Origin: an uncultured delta proteobacterium
GTDB lineage: Bacteria > Myxococcota_A > Polyangia > Polyangiales > Polyangiaceae
Reading direction: 5' to 3'
Length of the DNA stretch: 64,000 nucleotides
NCBI GenBank assembly: GCA_963806225.1
Contig: CAWDXG010000004.1
Location: forward strand, 192,001 to 256,000
A program made the position numbers and the translations under genes. Below the pieces are notes generated by a model that did no database searches, was not told where the DNA came from, and was given only the letters and a program-made list of their open reading frames with translations. Positions 1 to 9,888 of this stretch are shown one piece after another. Numbering within the stretch: position 1 is the first letter of the stretch; each line of letters starts with the position of its first letter.

Positions 1-953
1 CACGGGCGTGTCCGGCGCCGGCAAGTCGACCTTGGTGAACGACATCCTGTACCCGGCGCTGGCCCAGCCGCTTGAACGGCGCAGAGAAGCGCGCCGGCGC
101 GCATCGCCGAATCGAGGGTATCGAGCAGCTCGACAAGGTGATCGACATCGACCAGCGGCCGATCGGACGCACCCCGCGCAGCAATCCAGCGACGTACATC
201 AAGGTGTTCGACGAGATCCGGCGCTTCTTCGCGCAACTGCCCGAGGCACGGGTGCACGGCTTCAATGCCGGACGCTTCTCCTTCAACGTGAAGGGCGGCC
301 GCTGCGAGGCGTGCGAGGGCGACGGCGTCCGCCGCATCGAGATGCACTTCCTGCCCGACGTGTTCGTGCGCTGCGAGGAGTGCCAGGGCAAGCGCTTCAA
401 CGAAGCCACGCTCGGCGTCCAGTACAAGGGTCACAGCATCGCCGACGTGCTCGAGCTCACGGTGGCCGAGGCGCTCGCGTTGTTCGAGGCGCATCCGCGC
501 ATCGTCGGGCCGCTGTCGCTACTCAGCGAGGTTGGCGTGGACTACCTGCACCTCGGCCAGCCCTCCCCCACCCTGTCCGGCGGCGAAGCCCAGCGCATCA
601 AGCTCGCCCGCGAGCTGTCGCGTCGCGCCACCGGCCGCACGCTCTACATCCTGGACGAGCCGACCACGGGGCTTCACTTCGACGACGTGAAGAAGCTGCT
701 CGGCGTGCTCGAGCGACTGGTGGAAGCCGGCAACAGCGTGGTCGTCATCGAGCACAACCTGGACGTGATCAAGACGGCCGACCACATCATCGACCTGGGA
801 CCGGAGGGCGGCCCTGGCGGCGGGCGGCTCGTCGCGGCGGGCACGCCTGAAGAGCTCGCGCGGCGACGCGAGTCGCACACGGGACGCTGTCTCTCGCCGC
901 TGGTCGGAAAAGCGAAGAACGGGCGCGCTGTGCGCGCCGCGCGCGGGGGTTAG
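1..953 (+). CDS. uvrA: Excinuclease ABC subunit A, C-terminal part (5' truncated by window; apparent +1 frameshift at about 68-69)
   Basis: Walker [17 protein letters not shown] in the frame of ORF 8; [38 protein letters not shown] and [10 protein letters not shown] in the frame of ORF 72..953. Removing one C in CAGCCGC joins the frames (ALAQRLNG). Confidence 0.95.
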
Positions 954-1059
954 CGGCGACAGCTGGAGAACACGGGCAACAACCGCTGCCCGAACTGTGG
1001 TTTATCGCCTCTGCGGCCCGCAACGGCGCTACTATCAGCGCGTGCGCTGGTACACGGGG

Positions 1060-3033
1060 ATGATGCTGGGCCTGGGGGTGGCGCTGGTCGCGCGGGCTGC
1101 CCTCGCGGGGAACGATCTGGCGGTCGTTGCGACGAAGATCGATCCACCGACGTTGATCACGCTGGGCGTGCAGGTGCAGGTCTCGGGGGACGACAACCGC
1201 GATGCGCACATCGACGTGCGCTACCGCAGAAAGGGCGCGAGCGCGTGGCGTGACGGACTGCCGCTATTCCACGTACGGCCTTCTGTCGTGGTCGGCGACA
1301 CGGTGCCCGAGCAGTTCGCGGGCAGCCTGTTCGACTTGATGCCGAAAACGACCTACGAGATCGAGCTGCACGCCGTGGACCCCGACGGCTTCGACAAGAC
1401 CTGGACCACGACCGGCACGACGCGGCCCATTCCCGGGGATCCAGCCAGCCCGCACGTGGTGAACGTCACGGATGCGAGCAGCCTGGCCAGCGCGTTGAAC
1501 GGCGCGCAGCCCGGCGACGTGATCACGCTCGCGAACGGCACGTACGCGGGCAATTTCGCCATCCAGGCGAGCGGCACGGCGAACAATCCCATCGTGCTCC
1601 GCGGCGCCAGCGAGGACGGCGCGGTCCTCGACGGCGGCGGCTGCACGGGCTGCAACGTGCTGGAGGTCTACGGCAGCTACGTGCACGTGGAGAAGCTGAC
1701 AATCCAGAACGCATCGCGCGCGCTGCGCTTCCAGGGCAGCGGCGCGACGGACAACGTCGTCAGGCGCGTGCATATCAAGGACGTGACGCTCGGCATCGGC
1801 TCGAAGGACGGGCAGAAGGATTTCTACATCTGCGACAACATCCTCGAAGGGCGGCTGTCCTGGCCCAGCGTGTACGCGGACGACGGCGGCGCGCACGCCA
1901 ACGACGACGGCATCAACGTCACGGGCGACGGCCACGTGGTGTGCCACAACACCCTCAGCGGCTTCGGCGACTCGATCAAGAACGAGGCGCCCACGTTCCG
2001 GTCCTTCGACGTCTACGGCAACGACAGCCTGACCGCGTACGACAACGCCGTGGAGCTCGACGGAGCGGAGCGCAATGCCGTGGCGCTCAGGAACCGCTTC
2101 ACGAACTCGTGGTCGCCCGTGAGCTTCCAGCCCATCTACGGCGGGCCCGCGTACGCGATCCGCAACGTGGTCGTGAACATCGTGGACGAGCAGCAGAAGC
2201 TGCATTCGCTGGGCGGCAACCAGGAGACGGTGGGCGCGCACGTCTACAACAACACCTTCGTCGCGGCGAAGCACGCCCTGAACCTGCAGGACAGCGCCAC
2301 GCCGCACGACTTCGTGCTCGCCAACAACATCTACTTCGGTCCCGATACGACCGACTCGGGCAAGACCGTCGACTGGAGCGCGCCGATCGACAACGGCACC
2401 ATCGACAACAACGGCTGGTACCCCGACGGCATGTTCGACTTCGGCAGCGCGGGCAAGTGGACGGACTTTGCCGCGTACACGGCGAGCGGCGTGTTCGGCA
2501 AGAACGCGACGCTGCTCGACGCGGGCACGTTCGAGAGCGGGCTCTCGGCGCCGGCGAGCTACACGACGGAGATGGCGCCACCCGACGCGACGCTCGCCGC
2601 GGCGTCGAAGGCAGTCGACAAGGGCGAAGTCCTGCCGGGCATCACCGACGGCTACCAGGGCGCGGCACCCGATCTGGGCGCACTGGAGCGCGGCTGCCCG
2701 AAGCCCATCTACGGCGTGCGTCCCGCCGGCACCGACGAGACCAACGAGCCGCGCGGCTGCACGACGGGAAGCGGTGGCGCGGGCGGCTCCGGCGGCGGCG
2801 CGGGCGGCTCCGGCGCAAACGGCGGCGGCGCGGGCGGCTCCGGCGCAAACGGCGGCGGCGCGGGCGGCGCGGGCGGCTCGAAGCAGGCAAGCAGCGGCTC
2901 CGGCGGCGGCTGCGGCTGCCGGGCCGCGCGCGAAGACGCTGGGTCGGCGGGGGACTGGCTGTTCGCTCTGGTCGTCGGGTGCGGCGTACTCGTGCGACGC
3001 AGGCGCCGGGCTGGCGGGTGCGCCGTACGCTAG
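1060..3033 (+). CDS. Secreted right-handed beta-helix (pectin-lyase-like) protein with Gly-rich linker and MYXO-CTERM-like anchor
   Basis: Signal peptide (MMLGLGVALVARAALA), AQPGDVITLANGTY start of a beta-helix, Asn-rich repeats, APDLGALE motif, C-terminal GGCGCR + TM + RRRRR. Confidence 0.75.
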   Translation: MMLGLGVALVARAALAGNDLAVVATKIDPPTLITLGVQVQVSGDDNRDAHIDVRYRRKGASAWRDGLPLFHVRPSVVVGDTVPEQFAGSLFDLMPKTTYEIELHAVDPDGFDKTWTTTGTTRPIPGDPASPHVVNVTDASSLASALNGAQPGDVITLANGTYAGNFAIQASGTANNPIVLRGASEDGAVLDGGGCTGCNVLEVYGSYVHVEKLTIQNASRALRFQGSGATDNVVRRVHIKDVTLGIGSKDGQKDFYICDNILEGRLSWPSVYADDGGAHANDDGINVTGDGHVVCHNTLSGFGDSIKNEAPTFRSFDVYGNDSLTAYDNAVELDGAERNAVALRNRFTNSWSPVSFQPIYGGPAYAIRNVVVNIVDEQQKLHSLGGNQETVGAHVYNNTFVAAKHALNLQDSATPHDFVLANNIYFGPDTTDSGKTVDWSAPIDNGTIDNNGWYPDGMFDFGSAGKWTDFAAYTASGVFGKNATLLDAGTFESGLSAPASYTTEMAPPDATLAAASKAVDKGEVLPGITDGYQGAAPDLGALERGCPKPIYGVRPAGTDETNEPRGCTTGSGGAGGSGGGAGGSGANGGGAGGSGANGGGAGGAGGSKQASSGSGGGCGCRAAREDAGSAGDWLFALVVGCGVLVRRRRRAGGCAVR

Positions 3034-3163
3034 GCGACGCTGGAGCCGACGATCCGCACGCTCGAAGCCACGACGTCCAGGTCGTCCAGCGTGTTCTCGC
3101 GGTCCTGCCCGGAAAGCACACGCACGGCGCGCAGATGCGGGTTGACCGGGAACAGATCGCCGC

Positions 3164-4162
3164 CTACCCGATCCCGACTGCGCTCCGTACGCGCTTCATC
3201 GTCGCTTCGGCGATCTCGCGGACGCGGTCGGCGCTCTTGTCGAGCAGAGCGTCGAGCTCGGCGGGATCGCCGGCGACTTCCTTGTAGCGCTGCTGCACCG
3301 GCTCGAGCGCGGCGACGACGGTGTCGGCGACCTCCTGCTTGAGGTAGCCGTAGCCGCGGCCCTCGTAGCGATTGGCGATCGATTCCCGCGATTCGCCGGT
3401 GAGGGCCTCGAGCACCGTCACGAGGTTGCGGACGCCGGCGGAGGCCTGGTCGAAGCGGAACTCGCAGCCGGAGTCGGTGACGGCGCTCATGATCGTCTTC
3501 TTGATGGCCTTGGGCGTGTCGAGCAGGCCCACGGCGTGGCGCGGGTTCTGCTCTGCAACGGACTTGCTCATCTTGGCTTCGGGATCGTCGAAGCCCATCA
3601 CGCGCGCGCCGACCTTGGGGATCATCACGTCGGGCAGTACGAAAGCCTCGCCGAACAAGCTGTTGAAGCGCTGGGCAATGTCGCGGGTGATCTCGACGTG
3701 TTGCTTCTGGTCCTCGCCCACCGGAACGAGATTCGTGTCGTAGAGCAGGATGTCGGCGGCCTGCAGCACCGGGTAGTCGAGAAGCCCCGTTCCGACGGTC
3801 TCGCGCCCTTCCCGCTTGGTCTTGAACTGCGTCATGCGCTCCAGCCATCCGAGCGGCGTAACGCAGTTGAGCACCCAGGTGAGCTCGGGATGCTGCGTGA
3901 CATGCGACTGGATGAAGATGGCGGAGCGCTCCGGATCGATGCCGCTGGCGATGTACAGGCCCGCGACCTCGCGGCACTTGGCGCGGAGCTCCTTCGGGTC
4001 GACCACCTCGGGGATGGTGATCGCGTGCAGATCGACGACGCAGAAGATGCAGTCGTAGTCATCCTGCAGCTTCACCCACTGCGTGAGCGCACCGAGGTAG
4101 TTGCCGAGGTGGAGCTTGCCGGACGGCTGGACGCCGGAGAAGACGCGTTTGTTCGCGGACAT
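3164..4162 (-). CDS. trpS: Tryptophanyl-tRNA synthetase
   Basis: SGVQPSGKLHLGNY (HIGH-like), YPVLQAADIL, VPVGEDQKQH, KMSKS. Confidence 0.97.
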   Translation of the reverse strand: MSANKRVFSGVQPSGKLHLGNYLGALTQWVKLQDDYDCIFCVVDLHAITIPEVVDPKELRAKCREVAGLYIASGIDPERSAIFIQSHVTQHPELTWVLNCVTPLGWLERMTQFKTKREGRETVGTGLLDYPVLQAADILLYDTNLVPVGEDQKQHVEITRDIAQRFNSLFGEAFVLPDVMIPKVGARVMGFDDPEAKMSKSVAEQNPRHAVGLLDTPKAIKKTIMSAVTDSGCEFRFDQASAGVRNLVTVLEALTGESRESIANRYEGRGYGYLKQEVADTVVAALEPVQQRYKEVAGDPAELDALLDKSADRVREIAEATMKRVRSAVGIG

Positions 4163-4428
4163 GGGGCGCGAAGCCTAGATGAGCCGAGGCATCCGGGCTA
4201 CCGGGTCCGCCCGCCGCCGGATGCCACCTACCCGGCCCGTGCCGTTCCGGGGTGCCGCAAAAAGCGTAGCAGTTCCAGTACATTAGGGGATCGGGCGCGA
4301 CCGATTCGATGTGCTAGGCTCGCCGCACCTCGCCGGATCCGCACTGCCCGGCCGCGCCGCGGCCCCGACACCGGACCGGCCCCCAGCCGGAGCGCGACGC
4401 TTCGCCGGCGCTCCCGACAGTCGAGAAA

Positions 4429-5349
4429 ATGCTGAAGCCGACCCACCGGATCCTCGAGCGCGCACTGGCCGCACTCTTCGCCGCAGTCCTGATCACCGTC
4501 GCCCTGCCGGCCGCCGCCGCGCGCGTCCCGAGCTCCGAGCGCACCGACCGCACCGACCGCACGCCCAAGCAGCTCAGGGGCGTAGGCATGGAAGAGCACC
4601 TGAACGCGGCGCTGCCGCTCGGGCTGACCTTCAAGGACGAGACCGGCAAGGAAGTGAAGCTCGGCAGCTACTTCGACGGCAAGCGGCCGGTCATCCTGAC
4701 CTTCAACTACTCCGACTGCCCGATGCTGTGCAGCCTGGAGATGAGCGCGCTGGTCAAGACGCTGAAGAAGCTCAAGTGGAGCGCGGGCGACAAGTTCGTG
4801 ATCCTCACCGTCAGCCTCGACCCCACGTTGACCACGGCAAAGGCGCAGAAGTGGAAGGCCCGGTACGTCAAGGAGTACGGGCGGCCTGGCGTGGCCAAGG
4901 GCTGGCACTTCCTCGTCGGCAGCGACGCGGACGTGCACAAGCTCGCCAAGGCCGTGGGCTTCAAGTACAAGTACGACCCGAAGAAGAAGATGTACTACCA
5001 CCCGGCCGTGACCACGCTGACCACGCCCAACGGTCACGTCGCGCGCTACCTGTACGGCATCCACTTCGACAAGCAGACGCTCCGGCTCGGGCTGGTGGAG
5101 TCGTCGCAGGGCAAGATCGGCACCACGATCGACAAAATTCTGCTCTACTGTTGCTCCTACGACCCGAAGGAAGGCAACTACTCACTCGTCGCACAGAAGG
5201 TGATGACCCTCGGCGGCGCGTTGACAGTGGTCGTGCTCGGCGGCTTCCTGGGCACGTTCTGGTTCGCCGAGTCGCGGAGGCGGAAGAAGAAGCGCAAGCG
5301 AGAGGCCGATGCCAGCGGGGACGACGAAGAAAACGACGAAAAGACCTGA
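4429..5349 (+). CDS. SCO family copper chaperone with C-terminal TM helix
   Basis: Signal peptide, YSDCPMLC (CxxxC), YYHPA His ligand, LLYCCSYDP followed by TM segment. Confidence 0.85.
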   Translation: MLKPTHRILERALAALFAAVLITVALPAAAARVPSSERTDRTDRTPKQLRGVGMEEHLNAALPLGLTFKDETGKEVKLGSYFDGKRPVILTFNYSDCPMLCSLEMSALVKTLKKLKWSAGDKFVILTVSLDPTLTTAKAQKWKARYVKEYGRPGVAKGWHFLVGSDADVHKLAKAVGFKYKYDPKKKMYYHPAVTTLTTPNGHVARYLYGIHFDKQTLRLGLVESSQGKIGTTIDKILLYCCSYDPKEGNYSLVAQKVMTLGGALTVVVLGGFLGTFWFAESRRRKKKRKREADASGDDEENDEKT

Positions 5350-5362
5350 TCCCGTCGCCGTA

Positions 5363-6031
5363 ATGCGCGATTTCACGCTGCCCTACAGCGCAGCGGAATC
5401 GTGGCTGTACGACTTCTGGATCGCGCCCGCCGTGATGGCGCTGCGCCCGGCGATGATGGCTCGTTTGATCGCCGAACTGCCTGAGGGCGCCAAGGTGCTG
5501 GAGGTCGGCTGCGGCGGGGGCCATCTTGCCGTCGAGTTGCTCGAGCGGCGCGGCGATCTCCGCTACGTGGGGCTCGACCTGTCCGCCGAGCAGGTGGGCC
5601 GGGCGCGGCGACGGCTGGCCGGAGCGAACCACGCGGAGCTGGTGCAGGGTTCGGCGCTGGATCTTCCGTTCGACAGGGGACGCTTCGACGCGGTGATCAG
5701 CGTCGCGTCGATCAAGCACTGGCCCGACCCCGCGAAGGGCGTTTCGGAGTGCGTGCGCGTGCTGGCTCCGGGCGGGCTGCTCGCGATCGTGGAAGCGGAC
5801 CGCGGCTGTACGCTCGATGACGCCAACGCGCTGGTCAGCGGCCTGAAGATGCCGCGGGCGCTTTTGCCGCTCGCGCTGGCCCTGTTCCGGACCTGGGTCG
5901 CCGGCCGCTCGCTGGACATGGACGAGGCGCGTGCTCTGCTCGCCGCAGAGAAGCTCGACGGTGCCGAGGTGACGCGGCTCGAGGGCACGCCCGCGCTTTT
6001 CATGACTGGCCACGCGCCGTCGCCCGGGTAG
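5363..6031 (+). CDS. Class I SAM-dependent methyltransferase
   Basis: VLEVGCGGG motif I, GLDLS, LPFDRGRFDAV, RVLAPGG. Confidence 0.85.
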   Translation: MRDFTLPYSAAESWLYDFWIAPAVMALRPAMMARLIAELPEGAKVLEVGCGGGHLAVELLERRGDLRYVGLDLSAEQVGRARRRLAGANHAELVQGSALDLPFDRGRFDAVISVASIKHWPDPAKGVSECVRVLAPGGLLAIVEADRGCTLDDANALVSGLKMPRALLPLALALFRTWVAGRSLDMDEARALLAAEKLDGAEVTRLEGTPALFMTGHAPSPG

Positions 6032-6037
6032 GCTCCC

Positions 6038-6400
6038 ATGCGACGGCGACGCCGACCGCGCATTTCGCCCGGGCGCATCGAAGCCGTGCTCGACGGAACC
6101 GCCGAGCCGGGCTTCGACGATCTGCTCGACATGATCCGCAGCGTCAATCCGACGCGGATGGGGCTGTCCGCCGCGGAGCGTGCCCAGCGGTACGCACTCA
6201 AGGCGCACCTGCAGAGCCTGCTCATCCAGCGCTACTTCGAGGACATCGCCGTCTTCCCTACGGCGCGAGCCGGGGTGGTCGGCCTCCGGCGCAGGGCGGG
6301 CCGCGGAGACGCCTGCCACGCGGTGGTGAGCCACCTCGACCCGGAGGCCCGGGAGCTGGTCGATCAGGGGCTCACCGAGCAGCAGCCGGACGAGGGCTGA
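6038..6400 (+). CDS. Hypothetical protein
   Basis: ATG just after upstream stop, GC3-rich codons, protein-like composition. Confidence 0.55.
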   Translation: MRRRRRPRISPGRIEAVLDGTAEPGFDDLLDMIRSVNPTRMGLSAAERAQRYALKAHLQSLLIQRYFEDIAVFPTARAGVVGLRRRAGRGDACHAVVSHLDPEARELVDQGLTEQQPDEG

Positions 6401-6556
6401 GGCGGGCGCTGGACGCGCGCCGCGCTTGCGCTGCAGCCGGACCGAGGCGGCGCGCATCCGCTGCGCGTGAAAGCACGATCGCCCCGCCGCGCGCCAGGCG
6501 TGCTTCAATGGCAGCGGGAGGCCGGGAAGCGCTGCGCGCCGGTCTCGGTTGGCAGC

Positions 6557-7090
6557 ATGGAACGACCCAGGGTTCGACCGCATGTAGAGCTCGAGGCGCC
6601 CCTCGCGCCTGCCGACGCGCTGGAGCGGCTGCGGCACGAGCTCGGCAAGGCTGGCAACCGCGTCTGCGGGACCGTTCTGGCCGAGCACGTCGAGATCACG
6701 ATCTGCGACCGGGATCGGCATTTCTGGTCGCCGCAGCTGAGCCTGACCGCCGAGGAGCATCCCGACGGAGTGCTGCTGCGAGGCCGGATCGGGCCGCAAC
6801 CGCACGTCTGGACGATGTTCGTCGCGCTCTACGCGGTGATCGCCTTCACCACGATGTTCGCGCTGGTTTTTGCCGCATCGCAGTGGATGGTCGACCACAC
6901 GCTGTGGCCGCTGTGGTCGCTGCCCGCCGCGGCGATCATCACCGCCCTCGTCTACCTGACAGCTTTCATCGGACAGCGCCTGGGAGCAGCCGAGACCCAC
7001 ACGCTGATGGCCTTCGTCGCCGCGGCTCTGGAGCTGCCGGAAGCCGGGCCGGCCGTCGAGGGGGCGCCAGGCGCCGCTGGAAGCGCCTAG
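6557..7090 (+). CDS. Hypothetical membrane protein (2 TM)
   Basis: HFWSPQLSL...GRIGPQPHVWTMF followed by two hydrophobic helices. Confidence 0.7.
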   Translation: MERPRVRPHVELEAPLAPADALERLRHELGKAGNRVCGTVLAEHVEITICDRDRHFWSPQLSLTAEEHPDGVLLRGRIGPQPHVWTMFVALYAVIAFTTMFALVFAASQWMVDHTLWPLWSLPAAAIITALVYLTAFIGQRLGAAETHTLMAFVAAALELPEAGPAVEGAPGAAGSA

Positions 7091-7130
7091 CCCCGCACGC
7101 TATTTGCATCCGATCCGCTCAGGGTGGGCC

Positions 7131-8558
7131 ATGAGCTACGCCGAATCCCTTACAGCGCTCGACTCGGTATTCCTCGCCATCGAGGACGAACAGAACCTGA
7201 TGCACGTCGGGCTGACCGCGGTATTCCGGCTGGGTCCGCTGGCCGCGCCGGATGGCGGGCTCGATATGCCGCGGGTCCGCCGCTACGCCGAGAGCGTGCT
7301 CGGCAACCTGCCCCGCCAGTGGCGGCAGCGCATCGCCCGCGTCCCGCTGCTCCGCCATCGAGTGTGGGTGGACGACACGCATTTCGATCTCGACCAACAC
7401 GTCCGCTACGTCGCGCTTCCCCCGCCGGGCGACGAGCGCCAACTGCGCGATCTGGTCGGAAGACTCTACTCGGAGCCGCTGTCACGCGAGCGGCCGCTGT
7501 GGGAGAACTGGTTCATCGACGGGCTGGCCGGAGATCGGTTCGCGATCGTGATGAAGGCGCACCACTCGATGGTCGACGGCGTGTCCGGCATCGCCGTGCT
7601 GGCGGCGATGCTGCGCGCGGACGCCGACGACCACGTGCCGGAACCTGCACCCTGGACCGCGGAGCCAGCGCCCTCCCCTGGTGCGCTGCTCGCCGCGGAG
7701 GTCTCCCGACACGCCCGCGAGCCGCGCGAGCTCGTCAAGGCGCTCCAGAGCCGCGTCGCCGGCGTCGAGCTCGGGAGCCTGCGGCACGACGCGCTGCGGG
7801 GCCTGAAGTCGATGCTGCACACGGCTCTGAGCCCGAGCACGCGCACGTCGATCAATCCGTCGCACGTCGGTTGGGAGCGTCGCTTCGACTGGGTGATGGT
7901 CGACCTGGAAGCGGTGCGCGCCATCAAAAGGAGTGCGAACGCGAAACTGAACAACGTCATACTGGCGCTGGTGACCGGTGCGCTAAGGCGTTTCCTGCTC
8001 GAGCGCGGAGACGATGTGGAAGATCTAGATTTCCGCGCCATGGTCCCCGTCAGCACCCGCTCGGGTGACGAGGAGACGCTGCACAACCGCGTCTCCTTGA
8101 TGCTCACGCCGCTGCCGCTTTCCGAACCCTCGGCGGCTCGACGTCTCGAGCGCATCAAGGAGACGATGGGACAGGCCAAGACCGACCACCAGAGTACGGC
8201 CGTGAGTCTGGGCGAGCAGCTCGCCGACATGACCAGCGCCGGGCTGCTCAGCGTGGCGGTCCGCGCGCTGATCCGCATGCGCCCCTTCAACATCATCGTG
8301 ACCAACATCCCGGGGCCGCAGTTCCCGCTGTACCTGCTCGGCGCCGAGCTGCTCGAGGCAGTTCCGATGGTGCCGCTCTACGAGAACCAGGGCGTCGGCG
8401 TCGCCATCGTCAGCTACAACGGGCGGCTGTTCTTCGGATTCAACGCCGACGCGGCCTACGTCGATGACCTGTCGACGCTCACGCGCGGTCTCTCGGCCGA
8501 GCTCGACGAGCTCGGCGGGGCGCCGCACGTGGCCACCGGGAGCGCGCCGCCCGGCTGA
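7131..8558 (+). CDS. Wax ester synthase / diacylglycerol O-acyltransferase (WS/DGAT)
   Basis: Catalytic HHSMVDG (HHxxxDG), LSRERPLWE, NIIVTNIPGPQFPLY. Confidence 0.93.
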   Translation: MSYAESLTALDSVFLAIEDEQNLMHVGLTAVFRLGPLAAPDGGLDMPRVRRYAESVLGNLPRQWRQRIARVPLLRHRVWVDDTHFDLDQHVRYVALPPPGDERQLRDLVGRLYSEPLSRERPLWENWFIDGLAGDRFAIVMKAHHSMVDGVSGIAVLAAMLRADADDHVPEPAPWTAEPAPSPGALLAAEVSRHAREPRELVKALQSRVAGVELGSLRHDALRGLKSMLHTALSPSTRTSINPSHVGWERRFDWVMVDLEAVRAIKRSANAKLNNVILALVTGALRRFLLERGDDVEDLDFRAMVPVSTRSGDEETLHNRVSLMLTPLPLSEPSAARRLERIKETMGQAKTDHQSTAVSLGEQLADMTSAGLLSVAVRALIRMRPFNIIVTNIPGPQFPLYLLGAELLEAVPMVPLYENQGVGVAIVSYNGRLFFGFNADAAYVDDLSTLTRGLSAELDELGGAPHVATGSAPPG

Positions 8559-8615
8559 GCCGGCTCCCCCACCGAAGCCCTTGCAGCGTCCACCCCGAGC
8601 GGAGAAAACGACGGA

Positions 8616-9221
8616 ATGAAGATCCTCTTCGCCACGTCCAATCCGCACAAGGTCGACGAGGTCCGCGCGATCCTCTCTCCGCTCGGAATCGACGTGGTAG
8701 GCCTGGATTCGCTCGGCGAGATCCCGCCTGAACCGGAAGAACACGGCGACAGCTTCGAGCAGATCGCGCGCGACAAGGCGCTGGCCTACGCGCGGGCGAC
8801 CGGCCTCCGCTGCCTCGCAGAAGACTCGGGGCTCTCGGTGGATGCGCTCGCGGGCGCACCGGGCGTGCTCTCGGCGCGCTATTCGGGCACCGGCGGCAGC
8901 CGCGCCGAGCGCGACCGCGCCAACAACGAGAAGCTGCTCGCGGCGCTGGCCGGCGTGCCCTCGAAACGGCGCAGTGCGCGCTTCGTGTGCGCGATGTGTC
9001 TGGCCGATCCCGACGGCAGCGTCGTCGCGGAAACGCGCGGCACGTACGAAGGCGTGATCGCCGAAGAGCCGCGCGGAGGCAACGGCTTCGGCTATGATCC
9101 TCTCCTCTACCTGCCCGACCTGGGCAGAACCAGCGCCGAGCTCGCCCCCGAGCAGAAGAACGCTCGCTCGCACCGCGGCGCGGCCGCGCGCGCCATGGCG
9201 GAGCGCCTGAAGCGGTTCTGA
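8616..9221 (+). CDS. rdgB: Non-canonical purine NTP pyrophosphatase (RdgB/HAM1)
   Basis: FATSNPHK, AEDSGL, APGVLSARY, GFGYDP, SHRG. Confidence 0.95.
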   Translation: MKILFATSNPHKVDEVRAILSPLGIDVVGLDSLGEIPPEPEEHGDSFEQIARDKALAYARATGLRCLAEDSGLSVDALAGAPGVLSARYSGTGGSRAERDRANNEKLLAALAGVPSKRRSARFVCAMCLADPDGSVVAETRGTYEGVIAEEPRGGNGFGYDPLLYLPDLGRTSAELAPEQKNARSHRGAAARAMAERLKRF

Positions 9222-9222
9222 C

Positions 9223-9780
9223 TCACCCGCCCGTGCACGTGCAGCCGGCGCTCTCGACGCGGCGGGCCGCATCGCTGACCTTGCCTCGCGCCTGGCTGCA
9301 GCGCGGGTCCTCTTTGCCCACGATCTCGCAGATGCGGTCAGCCGAACGCCGCATCGAGGCCAGCGCGCGGCACACCAGATCGCAGGTCGACCCAGCGGAC
9401 GCGCCTTCGGCCGCGGAGCTCTCGGCAGCCGGCGCCCCGGCGCTCCCTGTGTCCTCGTTGCTCTTCTCGACGAACTCTTGCCCGGGTGTAGACGCCGCTT
9501 CCGGCGGCGACGGGGCTGCGCTCTCCGTGACCTGGTCCGCGCCACCGGCGGGCACCTGCTGGGCGCCTTGCAGTTCGTCGAGCGTCTGCCCGTGCGGCGC
9601 ACCGCTCTGGCCGAGCCTGTCGTGGATGACCGCCTCCTGCTTGGCCAGCCGGTGCTCCAGCTCGTCGAGGTTGGACGTCGGCGGCTCGCCCGCAGGCTGC
9701 ATTTTCGCCATGCCGCAGCCCGAAACGACGAAAAGCACCGCGAGCACCGCCGCGGGCGCGCGTCGAGTCCGTCCGGTCAT
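9223..9780 (-). CDS. Hypothetical lipoprotein with Cys-containing helical C-terminus
   Basis: Lipobox-like VVSGC; C-terminal CDLVCRALASMRRSADRICEI...RC...GCTC. Confidence 0.65.
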   Translation of the reverse strand: MTGRTRRAPAAVLAVLFVVSGCGMAKMQPAGEPPTSNLDELEHRLAKQEAVIHDRLGQSGAPHGQTLDELQGAQQVPAGGADQVTESAAPSPPEAASTPGQEFVEKSNEDTGSAGAPAAESSAAEGASAGSTCDLVCRALASMRRSADRICEIVGKEDPRCSQARGKVSDAARRVESAGCTCTGG

Positions 9781-9888
9781 CTTATGTCCCGATAACGCGA
9801 GCACGGCCCGGGAGCTTACTCCACTGGGCTTTGTCGCACGAAAAAAGCCCTCCGGGCGGGACCCGCCGAGCTGATCTACGCTTCGGTC

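Noticed and set aside
4163..4428. T-box or attenuator upstream of trpS
   Set aside because: No T-box consensus or Trp-rich leader peptide seen.
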